In this document: positions 24,562 to 36,314 of the stretch, piece by piece
Layout of the letters: each line of letters opens with the position of its first letter
Numbering within the stretch: position 1 is the stretch's first letter
Assembly (NCBI RefSeq): GCF_963506605.1
Contig: NC_083278.1
Span: forward strand, 120,280,001-120,344,000
Direction: 5' to 3'
From: Zootoca vivipara
Taxonomy: Eukaryota
Length of the DNA: 64,000 nt
Notes under the pieces: model-generated
What the model was told of the DNA's origin: nothing
The model's input: only the letters and a program-made list of their open reading frames with translations
Databases searched by the model: none
Translations under genes and position numbers: made by a program

Positions 24562-27500
24562 GCTATTAAAGCACCCACTAAAGAACAGACCTTTTCTGGG
24601 GCAAGATGCTCTCCCCAGAGGCACCCTGGCACCCTCATTGCATCCTGTGAACCACCCTGAGATCTTATGAAGCGTAGTATATACAGGTGAAACTCGGAAA
24701 ATTAGAAAATCGTTGAAAAGTGCATTTATTTCAGTAATGCAACTTATTTTTTATTTTAATTTAATTTTTACAAATGCTTTCTTTTGGAAATTCCACAGCA
24801 ATAAAACAAATAGTTATAATAATATAAAAAGAAACAAAAATATTACATTTCATTAATTACATTCCATTTATAATTGACCCTGCCTAACGACAAATAATTA
24901 CAATGACAACAAATCAAGGCTTGCCATATCTTGCTTTGCATGTCATGCATCTATCTCATAGACTGGTTTCACCTTTTAAGTTGCATTACTGAAATAAAAG
25001 CACTTTTTGACGATTTTCAAATTTTCCGAGTTTCACCTGTAGTATATAAATCTTAAGAAGAAGAAAAAGAACAACAACAACAACAACAGGCCTTTACCTC
25101 TGGCCATTAAATACTGTAACTTATGGCTTGTAAAACGTGGGGGGGGGACACTTATTATTTTTTGTTTTGCTGTGCATTCTGTTATTATTAATTATGCTGC
25201 AAATAAATTATGTTCTAAATGTTGCACACCGCTCTGGGATCTTTGGATAGTGGTATATAAATTGAAATAACAACAGCAACAACAACAATAACAACAATAA
25301 TAAAAGAACTGGAGTAAAACACATGTGGTTTGTGTGCTCACTGCCAAACTGGTACTTCTCCTGCTTTACAGATTCATTTTGAAAAAGCCACACAAAACCT
25401 CAGCCCATTTTTGCAGGTTGTGAAGGTTGCGGGTTGTGAAGCAGTGTGGCTATTGCTGTACCCCACCCCACCCCACCCCACCTATTCAGATACCACAAAA
25501 GAGAAAAGTAGAGATGCGAAAATGAAATGCCTTTTTGGTAGTTTGGTAGTTCTCTCATTGCAAAAAGTGAAATGAGAGGGAAGCAGGTGTTATGCCTGCC
25601 CAGTGGAATGCCCTCCTAGTAGATGCCCAAGAACACTTTGTGTAGACTTCTGAAGCCAGTCCTCTAATGGGAAGCTTTTAATGGTGGTTTCCCTCCCTCT
25701 TATATTTTTGTTGGAAGCCACCCAGAGTGACTGGTGCAACCCAGTCAGATGGCTGGGGGGACAAACAATAAATTATTAGGACCCTCCCTATTCCTGTTTC
25801 CCTGGGGAGACTGGCTGGGTGGATGGCATCTGAGTGCAGGCAGCCTGATGGGGCAGGACGAGGCAGATACATTTGAGACACTGGCCATTTACATGGGCAT
25901 TTAAATACATCCTCTACCCACTTAATTATACCCTGGGAAATAAATACTATTCTCCCCTTGGGAGAGGCTCCTTCTTGCCCAACCCCCTGGGGTCAGCCCC
26001 ACAGCGGCTGTAAGGGGCAAGGCTGAGCTGGATGGAGCAGCCCCCCCCCCAACTTCCTCCTCCCTTTTCCCATCATCCATCGCAAAACAGCCCCCATCAC
26101 AAACTCTGCAAAAGCCAGCGATAAGCACCATGAAATGAATGGGGCAGCCCCACAGCCCTGACGGGGGAAACGGAGCCCTCCTAGGAAGGAGAAGCACGGA
26201 ACGCCCGGGGTCAGAGCGTGACGGACAGGCACCAGGAGGGCACCAGGGTGGATTTGATTTAAATCAAATCAATTTAAATCACTAGTCAGTAAGACTTGGT
26301 TTAAATCTTTTTTTTTTACAGAAAGATTCATTCCCGCTGGTATCATCATAATATTTACAACTAGAGGAAGGTTTCATGTTTGGAATAATAAATTTTCAGA
26401 GTAGTGTTTACAGTTATAACAACAAAAATTTACTGATTTGGTTATACTATTAGAAATACATAGACAGATAGTTATGAAATTATTGTGAGGTTTAATAAGT
26501 TAACTGTTTATATTTGGACAACTTTTCTGCTGCACTTTATTGGAAGGAGAAAAACAATCATTTCCTTAATAACAATTTAAACTATTTAATTAAATAACAA
26601 TTAATAACAATTTAAACTATTTAATTAAACCTGTAACATTACAGCATATGCATCTATGTTTGTTAACTGATGTTGTCAAACATTAAAAAAAAACACCTTA
26701 GACTGAGTTTTAGCACACATGAAAAACTTAAAACAAATCCTTACTTCCTGATGAATGGCCTTCGGAGTACCGTGTAACTTAAATAGAAAACTCCTTCCAG
26801 TAGCACCTTAGAGACCAACTAAGTTTGTCATTGCTATGAGCTTTCGTGTGCCTGCACACTTCTTCAGATGCACACGAAAGCTCATACCAATGACAAACTT
26901 AGTCGGTCTGTAAGGTGCTACTGGAAGGAATTTTTCTATTTTGTTTCGACTACGGCAGACCAACACGGCTGCCTCCCTGTAATTACATAGAAAACTATCT
27001 TTCCTCCAAAAGCATTTAATTTTAAAAATCCAATTTAATTTTTTTAAAAATCCGATTTAAATTAAAAAAATCCATTAAAAAAAACAGCCACCCTTGATTT
27101 TTATCCACCCTGGAGGGCACCCACCTCATTTGCTGTGTCAGCAGCATCTTGCGGCTGTACTGGTGGAGGTGGGAGAAGAGGCTGACTTTGGCCCCGTAAT
27201 CCGGCCTCAGAGGCACCTGCAGCAGGGAAGAGGAAGAAGAAAAGGGGGCCTGAGGGCAGGAGGCGAGACCCTCCCCCCCCCGGAAGCGGCAGCAGTGCCC
27301 CACCGCCCTCCACCCTCAATGCCCCTTGGGAAAGGAAGGGGGAGCGGCATCCCCCCCCCCCGGTCCCAGATCTCCCTTCCTTTCTCCTCCAAGCCCAGCG
27401 CTCCCATCCTGAGCCACAACAGTCTCCTCCACCTCCACCAAGGGGCCCACATCAGCCTGCCTTTGAGTATCCCCCCACATCTCAACATTTTTATTACTAG

Positions 27501-29930
27501 TTACAGGTAGGTGGCAGGTAGTTTATTACTAGTTACAGGTAGGTGGGGACCCAGGTGGCGCTGTGGGTTAAACCACAGAGTCTAGGGCTTGCTGATCAGA
27601 AGGTTGGCGGTTCGAATCCCTGTGACGGGGTGAGCTCCCGTTGCTCGGTCCCAGCTCCTGCCCACCTAGCAGTTCGAAAGCATGTCAAAGTGCAAGTAGA
27701 TAAATAGGGGCCGCTCCAGCGGGAAGGTAAACGGCGTTTCCGTGCGCTGCTCTGGTTCGCCAGAAGTGGCTTTGTCATGCTGGCCACATGACCTGGAAGC
27801 TATACGCTGGCTCCCTCGGCCAATAGTGCGAGATGAGCGCCGCAACCCCAGAGTCGGACACGACTGGACCTGATGGTCAGGGGCCCCTTTACCTTTACCT
27901 TACAGGTACCTTACAGACCGTATTGGTCTGCCATAATCGAAACAAAATAATTTCCTCCCTTCCAGTAGAACCTTAAAGGTAAAGGGACCCCTGACCATTA
28001 GGTCCAGTCGTGACCGACTCTGGGGTTGCGGCGCTCATCTCGCATTATTGGCCGAGGGAGCCAGCGTACAGCTTCCAGGTCCTGTGGCCAGTATGACAAA
28101 TCCGCTTCTGGCGAACCAGAGCAGCGCACGGAAACGCCGTTTATCTTCCCGCCAGAGCGGTACATATTTATCTACTTGCACTTTTTGCCGTGTTTCGGAC
28201 TGCTAGGTGGGCAGGAGCTGGGACCGAGCAACGGGAGCTCATTCCATCACGGGGATTCCAACCGCCGACCTTCTGATCGGCAAGCCCTGGGCTCTGTGGT
28301 TTAACCCACAGCACCACCCGCGTCCTTAGAGACCAACTAAGTTTGTCATTGGTATGAGCTTTCGTGTGCATCTGAAGAAGTGTGCGTGCACACAAAAGGT
28401 CAGACCAGTAACAAACTTAGTTGGTCTCTAAGGTGCTACTGGAAGGTAAAAAAAATTTAAATTATTGTTACTTTAACTATTACATTTTCATAAAATGGAT
28501 GCACTAACTACAAAGAACATTGCGGACTAACCAGCCACATATGCTTTTAAATGTGTTTGCAGGAGGGGTGGGGTGGGGGGAGTGGAGCGGAGGTTGTTTT
28601 TGTTATGTCTTTTGTGTTCTTATTTTGTATTTTTATGCGGCAAACTGCCCTGAGATCTAGGATGAAGAGCAGCATACACAATTAATAAATTACAGGCAAT
28701 AATAAATAATAGCTTCTTGGTTTTCTTGTTTTACCTTTTTGGGTGCCATGTTAAAGGTTTTTTTTTACACAATAACACTTTTAAAACATACAAAAAGTTA
28801 ACATGCTAAAAGGTTAAAACTGACGTCTCTTCCTAAGCATTCTAGACAAACTCAAATGGAATGTTTGCAGCAGGCACCAAACTGTAGCGCTAAACAGACT
28901 ACAATGAAGGTGCCCGCTTGAGATCAAGAGGCAGGGAGTTCCACAGAGCAGGTACTGCCAGGTTAAGCCATGACATTCTTCCAAATGTGCAAAACTTGTG
29001 GGGTTAAGGGAACATAAAAGGGGCAGAAGGAAAGGCGAAGGTGCCATGGTGCCCCCTCCGCTCAGCCCCCTCCCCACCCGCCTACCTGCTGTCGCTCCAG
29101 CTTCTTGGCCAGCTTCTTCTGCGCCGCCGCATCATCCACCTGCACGTGCTCCGGGAGCCGCTTCACCCCTGCGGAGAAGGACGACGGGGCCGGGGAGGCG
29201 GTGAGGGGCTTGGCGGTGACAGCCAGCGGCCGCTTCCCCCGGAGCACCCTCCCCGTCGGGGCGGCTCCGCCTTACCTGGCTGGGTCTCGCCGGGCGGCGG
29301 GCGTGCCTTGGGCATCGCCGGGGCGGCGGCGGGGGCGGCCGCCTGGCCCGGTTCGCCCTTGCGCGCCTGCTTGAGCGCCCGCTCCGCCTCCTGCTTGGCC
29401 CTCCGCTCCGCGCGCAGCTCCGCCTTGCTCTTGGCCGGCATGGCGCCCGCCTTGTCGGCCGCCGACGGCGCGGGAGGCTCCGCTCCTGCGGGGAAGAGGA
29501 GGGGGAGACGGCGGCCGGTCAGCGGGGAGCAGCCGGGGAAGAGCAGCCGGGGAAGAGCCAGCCCACCGCCCGCCCTCCGGTGCCCCGACCTGGCGCTAGA
29601 GGCTCTGCGACGGGGAGGGGGCCTCGAGGGACCTCCGACACCTGCTGCTGCTGCTCCGCCTCGTCCTTCCCGTCGGCGTCGCGGCGCTGCTGCTTCTTCT
29701 TCTTCTGCAGCTTCTTCTCCCGGCGCTGCTGCAGCTTCTCCTCGGCGCTCGAAAGCCCCGACGGCGCCTGCCGAGGACGCAAGAGCAGAGCCCCCCGACG
29801 GCGTCAAAGGCGGGGAGCCGCCGCCCCCCGACGGCGTCCCCCCACCCCCACCCCGGAACCCGACCTCGGCCGGCGGCGCCCCTACCTGCCCGGGCCGCTC
29901 GCCGGCCTCTCCGCTGCTGCGCTCCGCCAT
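20642..29930 (-). CDS. EIF2B4: Translation initiation factor eIF2B subunit delta, about 533 aa
   Basis: Exons 29886-29930, 29590-29767, 29276-29485, 29086-29168, 27125-27216, 24104-24218, 23370-23446, 23156-23258, 22753-22880, 22067-22256, 21733-21913, 20642-20841. Sum 1602 nt, in frame. Motifs [82 protein letters not shown]. Confidence 0.96.
21018..21364. mobile_element. hAT MITE with a palindromic core
   Basis: TIRs catacctgccaagt / acttggcagctatg; perfect 8-bp TSD gcttggca (21010-21017, 21365-21372). Confidence 0.85.
24684..25039. mobile_element. Tc1/mariner MITE
   Basis: About 60-bp TIRs (caggtgaaactcggaaaatt... / ...aattttccgagtttcacctg) flanked by TA. Confidence 0.85.
26244..27112. 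mobile_element. AT-rich non-autonomous hAT element with a nested Penelope-type fragment
   Basis: TIRs cagggtggat / atccaccctg; perfect 8-bp TSD gagggcac (26236-26243, 27113-27120); repeated subterminal atttaaat motifs. Confidence 0.85.
26792..26984. mobile_element. Penelope-like element terminal fragment forming an inverted repeat
   Basis: tccttccagtagcaccttagagaccaactaagtttg... mirrored by ...caaacttagtcggtctgtaaggtgctactggaagga; carries a hammerhead-like core. Same family at 27901-28446 and 51386-51540. Confidence 0.7.
27545..27900 (+). mobile_element. Sauria SINE (full length)
   Basis: tRNA-like head ggggacccaggtggcgctgtgggttaaacc...ggttcgaatccc; Bov-B-like tail gagtcggacacgactggacc; (accttt)n end. 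Confidence 0.9.
27976..28325 (-). mobile_element. Sauria SINE (full length), inserted in a Penelope-type fragment
   Basis: Reverse complement of the 27545 copy; cctta duplicated at both ends. Confidence 0.9.
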
Positions 29931-30492
29931 CGCGGCTCCCCTCTCCGACGGCACCGGATGCTGCAGCGCCCCTGACGGGCCGGACGAGAAGCGGCGGCGG
30001 AGGGGGAGGAGCCAGGCCCGGCGCCCCGCCCCCTCCGTGCGGATCGCCTCCCCCGGTGACGGCGGGGCTGAGATGCCCCCCTTTCCGCGGCTGCTTAGGC
30101 AGCGTCAGGTAGCGGGGGGGGGGGCCGTCGCGGGCGGAGCCGCCTCCTCCCGAGACGGAGCGGCCGGGCTCCCGAGGCCCCTTGGTCGCCAACGGGGCTT
30201 CCGGGCTGCAGAGAGCCGAGGGGCGGCGTCGGGAGGCGGCGTCGGGGGGCCGGGCTCGGCTTGCTCGCGCCCCTCGTGGCCGCCGCTCGGTCTCCGGCGA
30301 GCCCTCCCCCCTGCCGGGAGGGGGAGGAGCAGCCGCCGGAGGACGCCCCTCCCCCTCCCCAGCCCCGCCCCGACGGGGGCCTGCCTCTCCTTCCTTGCGC
30401 AAGATGGCGGAGGCAGCGGCGGCTGTCGGGGCGGCGGAGCTGGGCCCGCGCCTGGGCCGGAGGTAGCGGAGGGCTAGGCGAAGCGAGCGGCC
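29931..30492. promoter_or_regulatory. EIF2B4/SNX17 bidirectional CpG-island promoter
   Basis: Divergent ATGs about 560 bp apart inside a CpG island (~29100-31000); GC boxes, ETS cttccgg, YY1 caagatggcgg at 30400-30410. Confidence 0.85.
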
Positions 30493-33400
30493 ATGCACTT
30501 CTCCATCCCCGAGACCGAGAGCCGCGCCGCGGACGGCGCCAACGCCGCCTATGTGGTGCGTGGCTGGACGGGGCAGGAGGAGGAGGAGGGCGCCCCCCGG
30601 GAGGGAGGGAGGGAGGGAAACGCCGACGCCCCCCGGAGAGGACCGGACATCCCGCTCTTCCCGTCCCCCCCAGCCGCTCGCGGGAGCCGCCACCGCCTGT
30701 CTGGGTGTCCGCTTGGGCCCCGACGGGACGGCCTCTGCTGCCGGGCTGGCCGGTGGCCCTCTTCTCTTTCCCGGTCGCGCTGCCCGGGGAAGTAGCGGGA
30801 CAAGGGCTCCTCCGCGGCTCAGGCTCCGTCTGCCCCCCCCCAAGCAAAGCCAGGCCGGAGGGCCTTAGTGTGGGGCCTCCCGTCCTGCGCCGCTTACCGG
30901 GGCAGAGTCACGCCAGTGCCGCCCGCCTCCTCCCCTCCCCGATCCATTTCCAAGCGGGACCCCCTTCGGAGGAGGAGGAGGAAGGCCCATCGGGCTGCCA
31001 GCCTGGGGTGCGTGCCAGCTGCGCCAAGCGGCCCCTTGGCTTGGGCCTTCTGCTCCTGCTGCGGGGGCCACGGACTTTCCTGCTCCGGCCCTTCGAAGCC
31101 TCCTTCCAGAGGAGAAGAAGGTGGGGGAGGGGTTCAGGGCCCCCTTCACTTGCCCCGCCACATCCCGACTGTCCTTGGGGTGAGGCCCGCTTGGCCCCCC
31201 GACGTGCCCCCCCTTCTCTCCCCTAGAGATCAACTGGAAAGGTTCCAAGAACTCAGGGCAGGAAGGAGATTAATGATAATTTCTTCAAACCGTTTAAAGC
31301 AGGCATCCCCAGACTTCGGCCCTCCAGATGTTTTGGACTACAGTCCCCATCATCCCTGACCACGGGTCCTCTTAGCTAGGGATCATGGGAGTTGTAGGCC
31401 AAAACATCTGGAGGGCCGCAGTTTGGGGATGCCTGGTTTAAAGCTTCCAAGTCATGAGACCAATTCCAGTTAGAACAATTTTCCAATACAGGACAAGGCC
31501 TTGTTTCCTCTATTCTTCATCAGCTCTAGTTTCATGGTCAAAGTGTGCCAATTGCGTTTGCCTTACCTGGCCTCACCTTTCTCTCACCTGCCAGGCCTAC
31601 AACATCCATGTCAACGGGGTCTTGCACTGCCAGGTGCGCTACAGCCAGCTGCTGGGCCTGCATGAACAGGTAGGGGGGTGCATGGCAGGGGGGTTGGGCT
31701 GGATGACCCTTGGGGGTCCCTTCCAACAGACTGCATGCACAGGCCAAGGGGTGTTGGCTGGGTGCTTCCCCCCCAATTGGGGTGTGGGGGTCTGGCCCCT
31801 TCTTCTGAAGTCGGGCTGGGGGCTGACACGCTCTCCCTCCTTGCAGCTCAGGAAGGAGTATGGGGCCAACGTTGTGCCCGCCTTCCCCCCGAAGAAGATC
31901 TTTACCCTCACCCCGGTGGAGGTGGAGCAGCGGCGGGAGCAGCTAGAGAAATACATGCAGGCAGGTGAGTCCCTGGGAAGGGGGGGGCTTGGGGGGTCCT
32001 GGGGAGGGGGAGCCTGGCCAGGAGCCCCCCAGGCTGATGGCTCCCCTTCTTTCTCTCCTCCTGCCCCACAGTGCGCCAGGACCCCTTGCTGGGAGGCAGC
32101 GAGATCTTCAACAGCTTCCTGCGCAAGGCTCAGCAGGTGAGGGGGGGCAGGGGAGGCGGGGGGAGGGGCCCGGTGGGCGAAGGGCCAGCCGCTGACCCTC
32201 TTTGTGCCCCCCCCAGGAGACCCAGCAGATCCCCACAGAGGAGGTGCAGCTGGAGGTGCTGCTGTCCAACGGACAGACGGTCAAGGTCAACCTCCTCACC
32301 TCGGACCAGACGGAGGACCTCCTGGAGGCGAGTCCTTTTGGGAGGGGGAGTGCGATCGACATGTCCAGAAAGGATTTTTTTTTGGGGGGGGCAGGGAGTT
32401 TATTAAGAAATCCAAGAGGAAGTTAATGATGTACCAAAGTTAAAACATTAAAGCAGATTGTAAGTTAATGCCTTGAATGTGTTTTCTGCCTTTCTTAAGA
32501 CGGCAGGTCTTTTTCCCCAGAGAAGGGAGGGAGGGGGAAAGGGGAGGAAGCAGCTGCTTTTGGTGACCCCCCCCCCAATTGCTCCCCATTGTCCGCAGGC
32601 CGTGGCCTCCAAGCTGGACCTGCCAGAGGACCTGATAGGCTACTTCCACCTCTTCCTGGTGCGAGAAGCCAAGGACGGGGCCTTTTCCTGTGAGTGTCCT
32701 CCCTCCCCCCACCCCACCCCACGCCCACCTGACCTGACCCGCTTGGCAGGATTGGGGAGGGAAAGGAGGGGGAATTTGGGGGGCGGGAAGGAGGGGCAAT
32801 GGTCTGGGTTCTGGTGCTGCAGCTCTGCCTTGGTTTTGTTCCCAGTCATCCGGAAGCTGCAGGAGTTTGAGCTGCCCTACGTGTCGGTCACCAGCCTCCG
32901 CAACCCCGAGTACAAGATCCTTTTGCGCAAGAGGTGAGGGGGCTGCTGCTGCCACGGGGGGGGGGACCCCAGAGGCCAGACCCCCAGGCAGTGCAGTCCC
33001 TCGAATGCAGGCTTCCTCAGACTCAGCCCTCCAGATGTTTTGAGACTACAATTCCCATCATCCCTGATCACTGGTCCTGCTAGCTAGGGATCATGGGAGT
33101 TGTAGTCCAAAACATGGCAGGGGGTTGGACTGGATGGCCCTTGTGGTCTCTTCCAACTCTATGATTCTATTCTAACATCTGGAGGGCCCAGTTGGAGGAA
33201 ACCTGCTCTAACGGCATCTGCTCCCCCTTCTCCCCATAGCTACTGGGACTCTGCCTTCGACGATGACGTGATGGAGCAGCGGGTGGGGCTGAACCTGCTC
33301 TACGCCCAGGTGAGCGCCGGGACCCTGGCTGGGCTACGGGGTTCAACTAGATGACCCTCGGTGTCCCCTCAAACTCTATACAGCTCCAAGATTCCTCTCC

Positions 33401-35187
33401 TGTCCCCTTCCAGACGGTGGCCGACATCGAGAGGGGCTGGATCCTGGCAAACAAAGAGCAGCATCGCCAGCTGAAGTCCCTGCAGGAGAAAGTCTCCAAA
33501 AAGGAGGTTGGTTGGGACCCTGCATTGGTTGGGCGCTGCCAGCCCCCAGCTCCTCTGTTTGGAGGGCTCCAACACTGCCTACGATTCCTGGGTTTTGGAG
33601 GGTTGGACTGGAGGACCCTTTAGTACCCCCTCCAACAGAGATTCCCACTCTTTTTTTCCTTGCCGCAGTTCATCCGCCTGGCGCAGACCCTCAAGTATTA
33701 CGGCTATCTCAAGTTTGACCCCTGTGTGACGGACTTCCCCGAGAAGGGCTGCCACGTCATTGTGGGTGCCGGGAACAGCGAGCTGAACTTCCAGGTCAAG
33801 CTGCCCAACGACCAGATCAAGGAGGGCAGCTTCAAAGTGACGCGCATGCGCTGCTGGAGGGTCACATCCTCAGTGAGTGATGCGCAGGGAGCCCCTTTCA
33901 ATTGCCCCTAGTCCTGTGCCCGTCTGGCCGATTGGGCAGGTGGCTGCCTCTCGGCCCGCTTTCTCCCCTGGCAATTTGTGGGTGTGTCGTCCCCCCCCCC
34001 TCAAGCGCAGAAAGGCTTCACACACACACCCCTGCTCCTTTCCAGGTCCCCGTGCATAACGGGACGTCTGGCCCAGCAGGCAGCAAGTCGGAGGTGAAAC
34101 TGGAGTTGGCCTTTGAGTACCTGATGAGCAAAGACCGCCTACAATGGGTCGCCATCACCAGCCCCCAGGTAGGCCTAGCAGTGAGGCGGGAGGGTTTGGC
34201 CCTGGGGGGCAGCTGCATCCGTCCACACTGGGACCCCCTTGCCCTGCCCCATACCCGCTTCCGCCCTCGAGAGCACGCCTGCCCAATAACACACTCCAAA
34301 CACTTCTTGAGAAATGCAAACCGGATTTTATTCTAGTCTGACTCACAGCCCCAAAAATATGGCGCAAGAGGCTGGACTTCCTGCCTGAGGTCAGCAAAAC
34401 CGGGGCTCTTGCTGGGGGGGGGGGCGGGGGCAGCGTGGCACATGGGACTAACATCACAAGATCTCTCCGTGTCGTTCCCCCCCCCCCGCAGGCGATAATG
34501 CTGAGCATCTGTTTGCAGTCGATGGTGGACGAGCTGATGGTCAAGAAGTCTGGGGGCAGCATCCGCAAGGTGAGGCTCTGGGCCCCCAGCAGACCTGGGG
34601 GGGCAGGGCGGGGGGCAGCAATCTTGCTCTGCTTTCCCGGTTGTCCCAATTAGAGTGGGGCTGAAACAGGACCACCCTGTTTCTGAGGAGCACGAGATTC
34701 ACCTACTTCGCTGTCATTCCCCCCCCCCCACAAGCTGTTTCGCCGGCGAACCAACGGTGCCCTGCAGCGCTCCGACAGCCAGCAAGCTGTGAAGTCCCCC
34801 CCTCTCCTGGTAAGAAGCCCCTAACCCCGCTAGACCCCTGCCCCAGCTTGCCCGTGGGGGGGCTTGGTCTCCTCTGACATGTCTGCCTGTCCCAGCAGGA
34901 TTCGCCCGATGCCAGCCGGGACTCCCTCACGAAGGTTGCGGTGAGTAGCGCCTCCCTTTGCCTCTCCCTCGATCCCTGACTTGTGGAAGGAGACCCCAGG
35001 GGTCATCTAGCCCCAGCTCCAAGGGGCTGCCTGTTCTCACTCTCCCCCCTCATCCTTCCTTCCCCAGAGCAAGCTCAGCTCGGTCAGCCTGAGAGCCATC
35101 AGCCATTCCAGCTCCGCCACGGACATCGGGGCGAACGATTTTCATGGCAACTACGCCTTCGAGGGCATCGGCGACGAGGACCTGTAG
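30493..35187 (+). CDS. SNX17: Sorting nexin 17 (PX-FERM), about 471 aa
   Basis: Exons 30493-30555, 31595-31669, 31847-31964, 32072-32136, 32217-32327 (GC donor), 32599-32689, 32846-32933, 33240-33309, 33414-33506, 33669-33872, 34046-34168, 34492-34569, 34735-34809, 34899-34940, 35068-35187. Sum 1416 nt. Begins MHFSIPETESR and ends GNYAFEGIGDEDL*. Confidence 0.97.
31300..31435. mobile_element. Short hAT MITE
   Basis: Near-palindromic caggcatcccca...tggggatgcctg; 8-bp TSD gtttaaag. Confidence 0.85.
33008..33205. mobile_element. hAT MITE interrupted by a 58-bp CR1 tail (33116-33173)
   Basis: Same family as 31300 and 42242; aacat duplicated around the CR1 tail. Confidence 0.8.
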
Positions 35188-35822
35188 GCAGCCTGCCCCA
35201 CCCCCCACCCCCCGCGTGGAATGTACGACCTCCCGGGTTGACCTCGATGTGCCTCGACCCCAGCCGGCTCCACACACCCCACCTCGCCAGGGGGTGGGGT
35301 TGCCGGCTGGCGGCTTCAGCTCCATACGCGCCAAATTAGGATAGAGTGGACATTTTGCACAGCGATCCGACGCAGCTCTGGCGCTGGCCAATAGACTTCT
35401 GTGTAACTGCTAGGCTTGTAATCTCCTTGTTTAATCTCCCTGCTGTTTACAGATGAACACGAACGAATGTTTGTGGCAATGATTAAATAGATCATGATTG
35501 GGAAGTCCTGTCTGCGTCTCCTCCTGCCTTACGCAACACAAAGGAATACAGAGAGAGGAAGAAACAGCTCGCCAAACGCTCTGCAATTCTATGGAGCTTG
35601 GCAAAGACCAGATGTAAAAATTGGGCATTTATATTCCACCAAGGGTCTGGTTTCTTTTAAATGACAGCCTTTCCTTAAAATATGCAATACCATGTTCAAG
35701 GGCGATACAGGATGTCCCAAAACCAAAGTCCCGCCCAATATTCCTCCTTTCAATAAACAGAAAATAATCGCTACAAGTAAATTTGTTTCTAAACGATAAT
35801 CCACATCCCTGGGAGTGTTGTA

Positions 35823-36051
35823 CAGTCATACCTCGGTTTGCGACTGCTTCAGTTTCCGACCACCGCGGACCCGGAAGTGTTTACATCCGGCTTCCGCGGC
35901 GCTCGGATGCACAGGAGCGATCTGTGCAGCACGCGCAGAAGCGCTCTATCGGTGCTTTGCGCACGCTCAGAAGCGTGCATCGTGGAGCGACCGATTCAGG
36001 GAGTGACCGGCTCCCCGGAACAGATTGTGGCCGCAAACCTAGGTATGGCCA
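35823..36051. mobile_element. Tigger-like MITE in the SNX17 3' UTR region
   Basis: TIRs cagtcatacctcggtttgcg / cgcaaacctaggtatggcc; TA at the left end. Confidence 0.7.
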
Positions 36052-36285
36052 TAGTGTTCTTCTCAATCGCTCCAACCGCAGTGGCAGCTGGGCCACTTGG
36101 TGGAATAAAAATGCCCAAGTTTTATGTCTGGTCTTTGCAGAGTTCGATAGATTTGCAGAGAGTTGTGTGAGCCGTGTTTCTCCTGCTTCACCCAGAAAGG
36201 GTTTACGGGGGAGAGGGGGGAGCCACCTCCCAGCAATGCCAGTTGCCGCCTGTGAGTTTCGGTTCTGCTGCTCTCCCCCAGCCAA

Positions 36286-36314
36286 AATAAAGCAAGATAA
36301 GAAAACAGTTTAAT
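36286..36314. terminator. Convergent poly(A) signals: SNX17 AATAAA (36286-36291, +) and ZNF513 ATTAAA (36309-36314, -)
   Basis: Both hexamers are directly visible between the two stop codons. Confidence 0.7.

Noticed and set aside
29041-31226. Long ORFs (478, 415, 321 aa) over the EIF2B4/SNX17 promoter
   Set aside because: Stop-poor CpG-island sequence; low-complexity P/R/A/G translations, antisense to or crossing real exons.
10637-34899. NAGNAG tandem acceptors (GTF3C2 10642/10639 and 15507/15504; SNX17 34896/34899)
   Set aside because: Common single-residue variants; they only add 3-nt uncertainty to exon boundaries.
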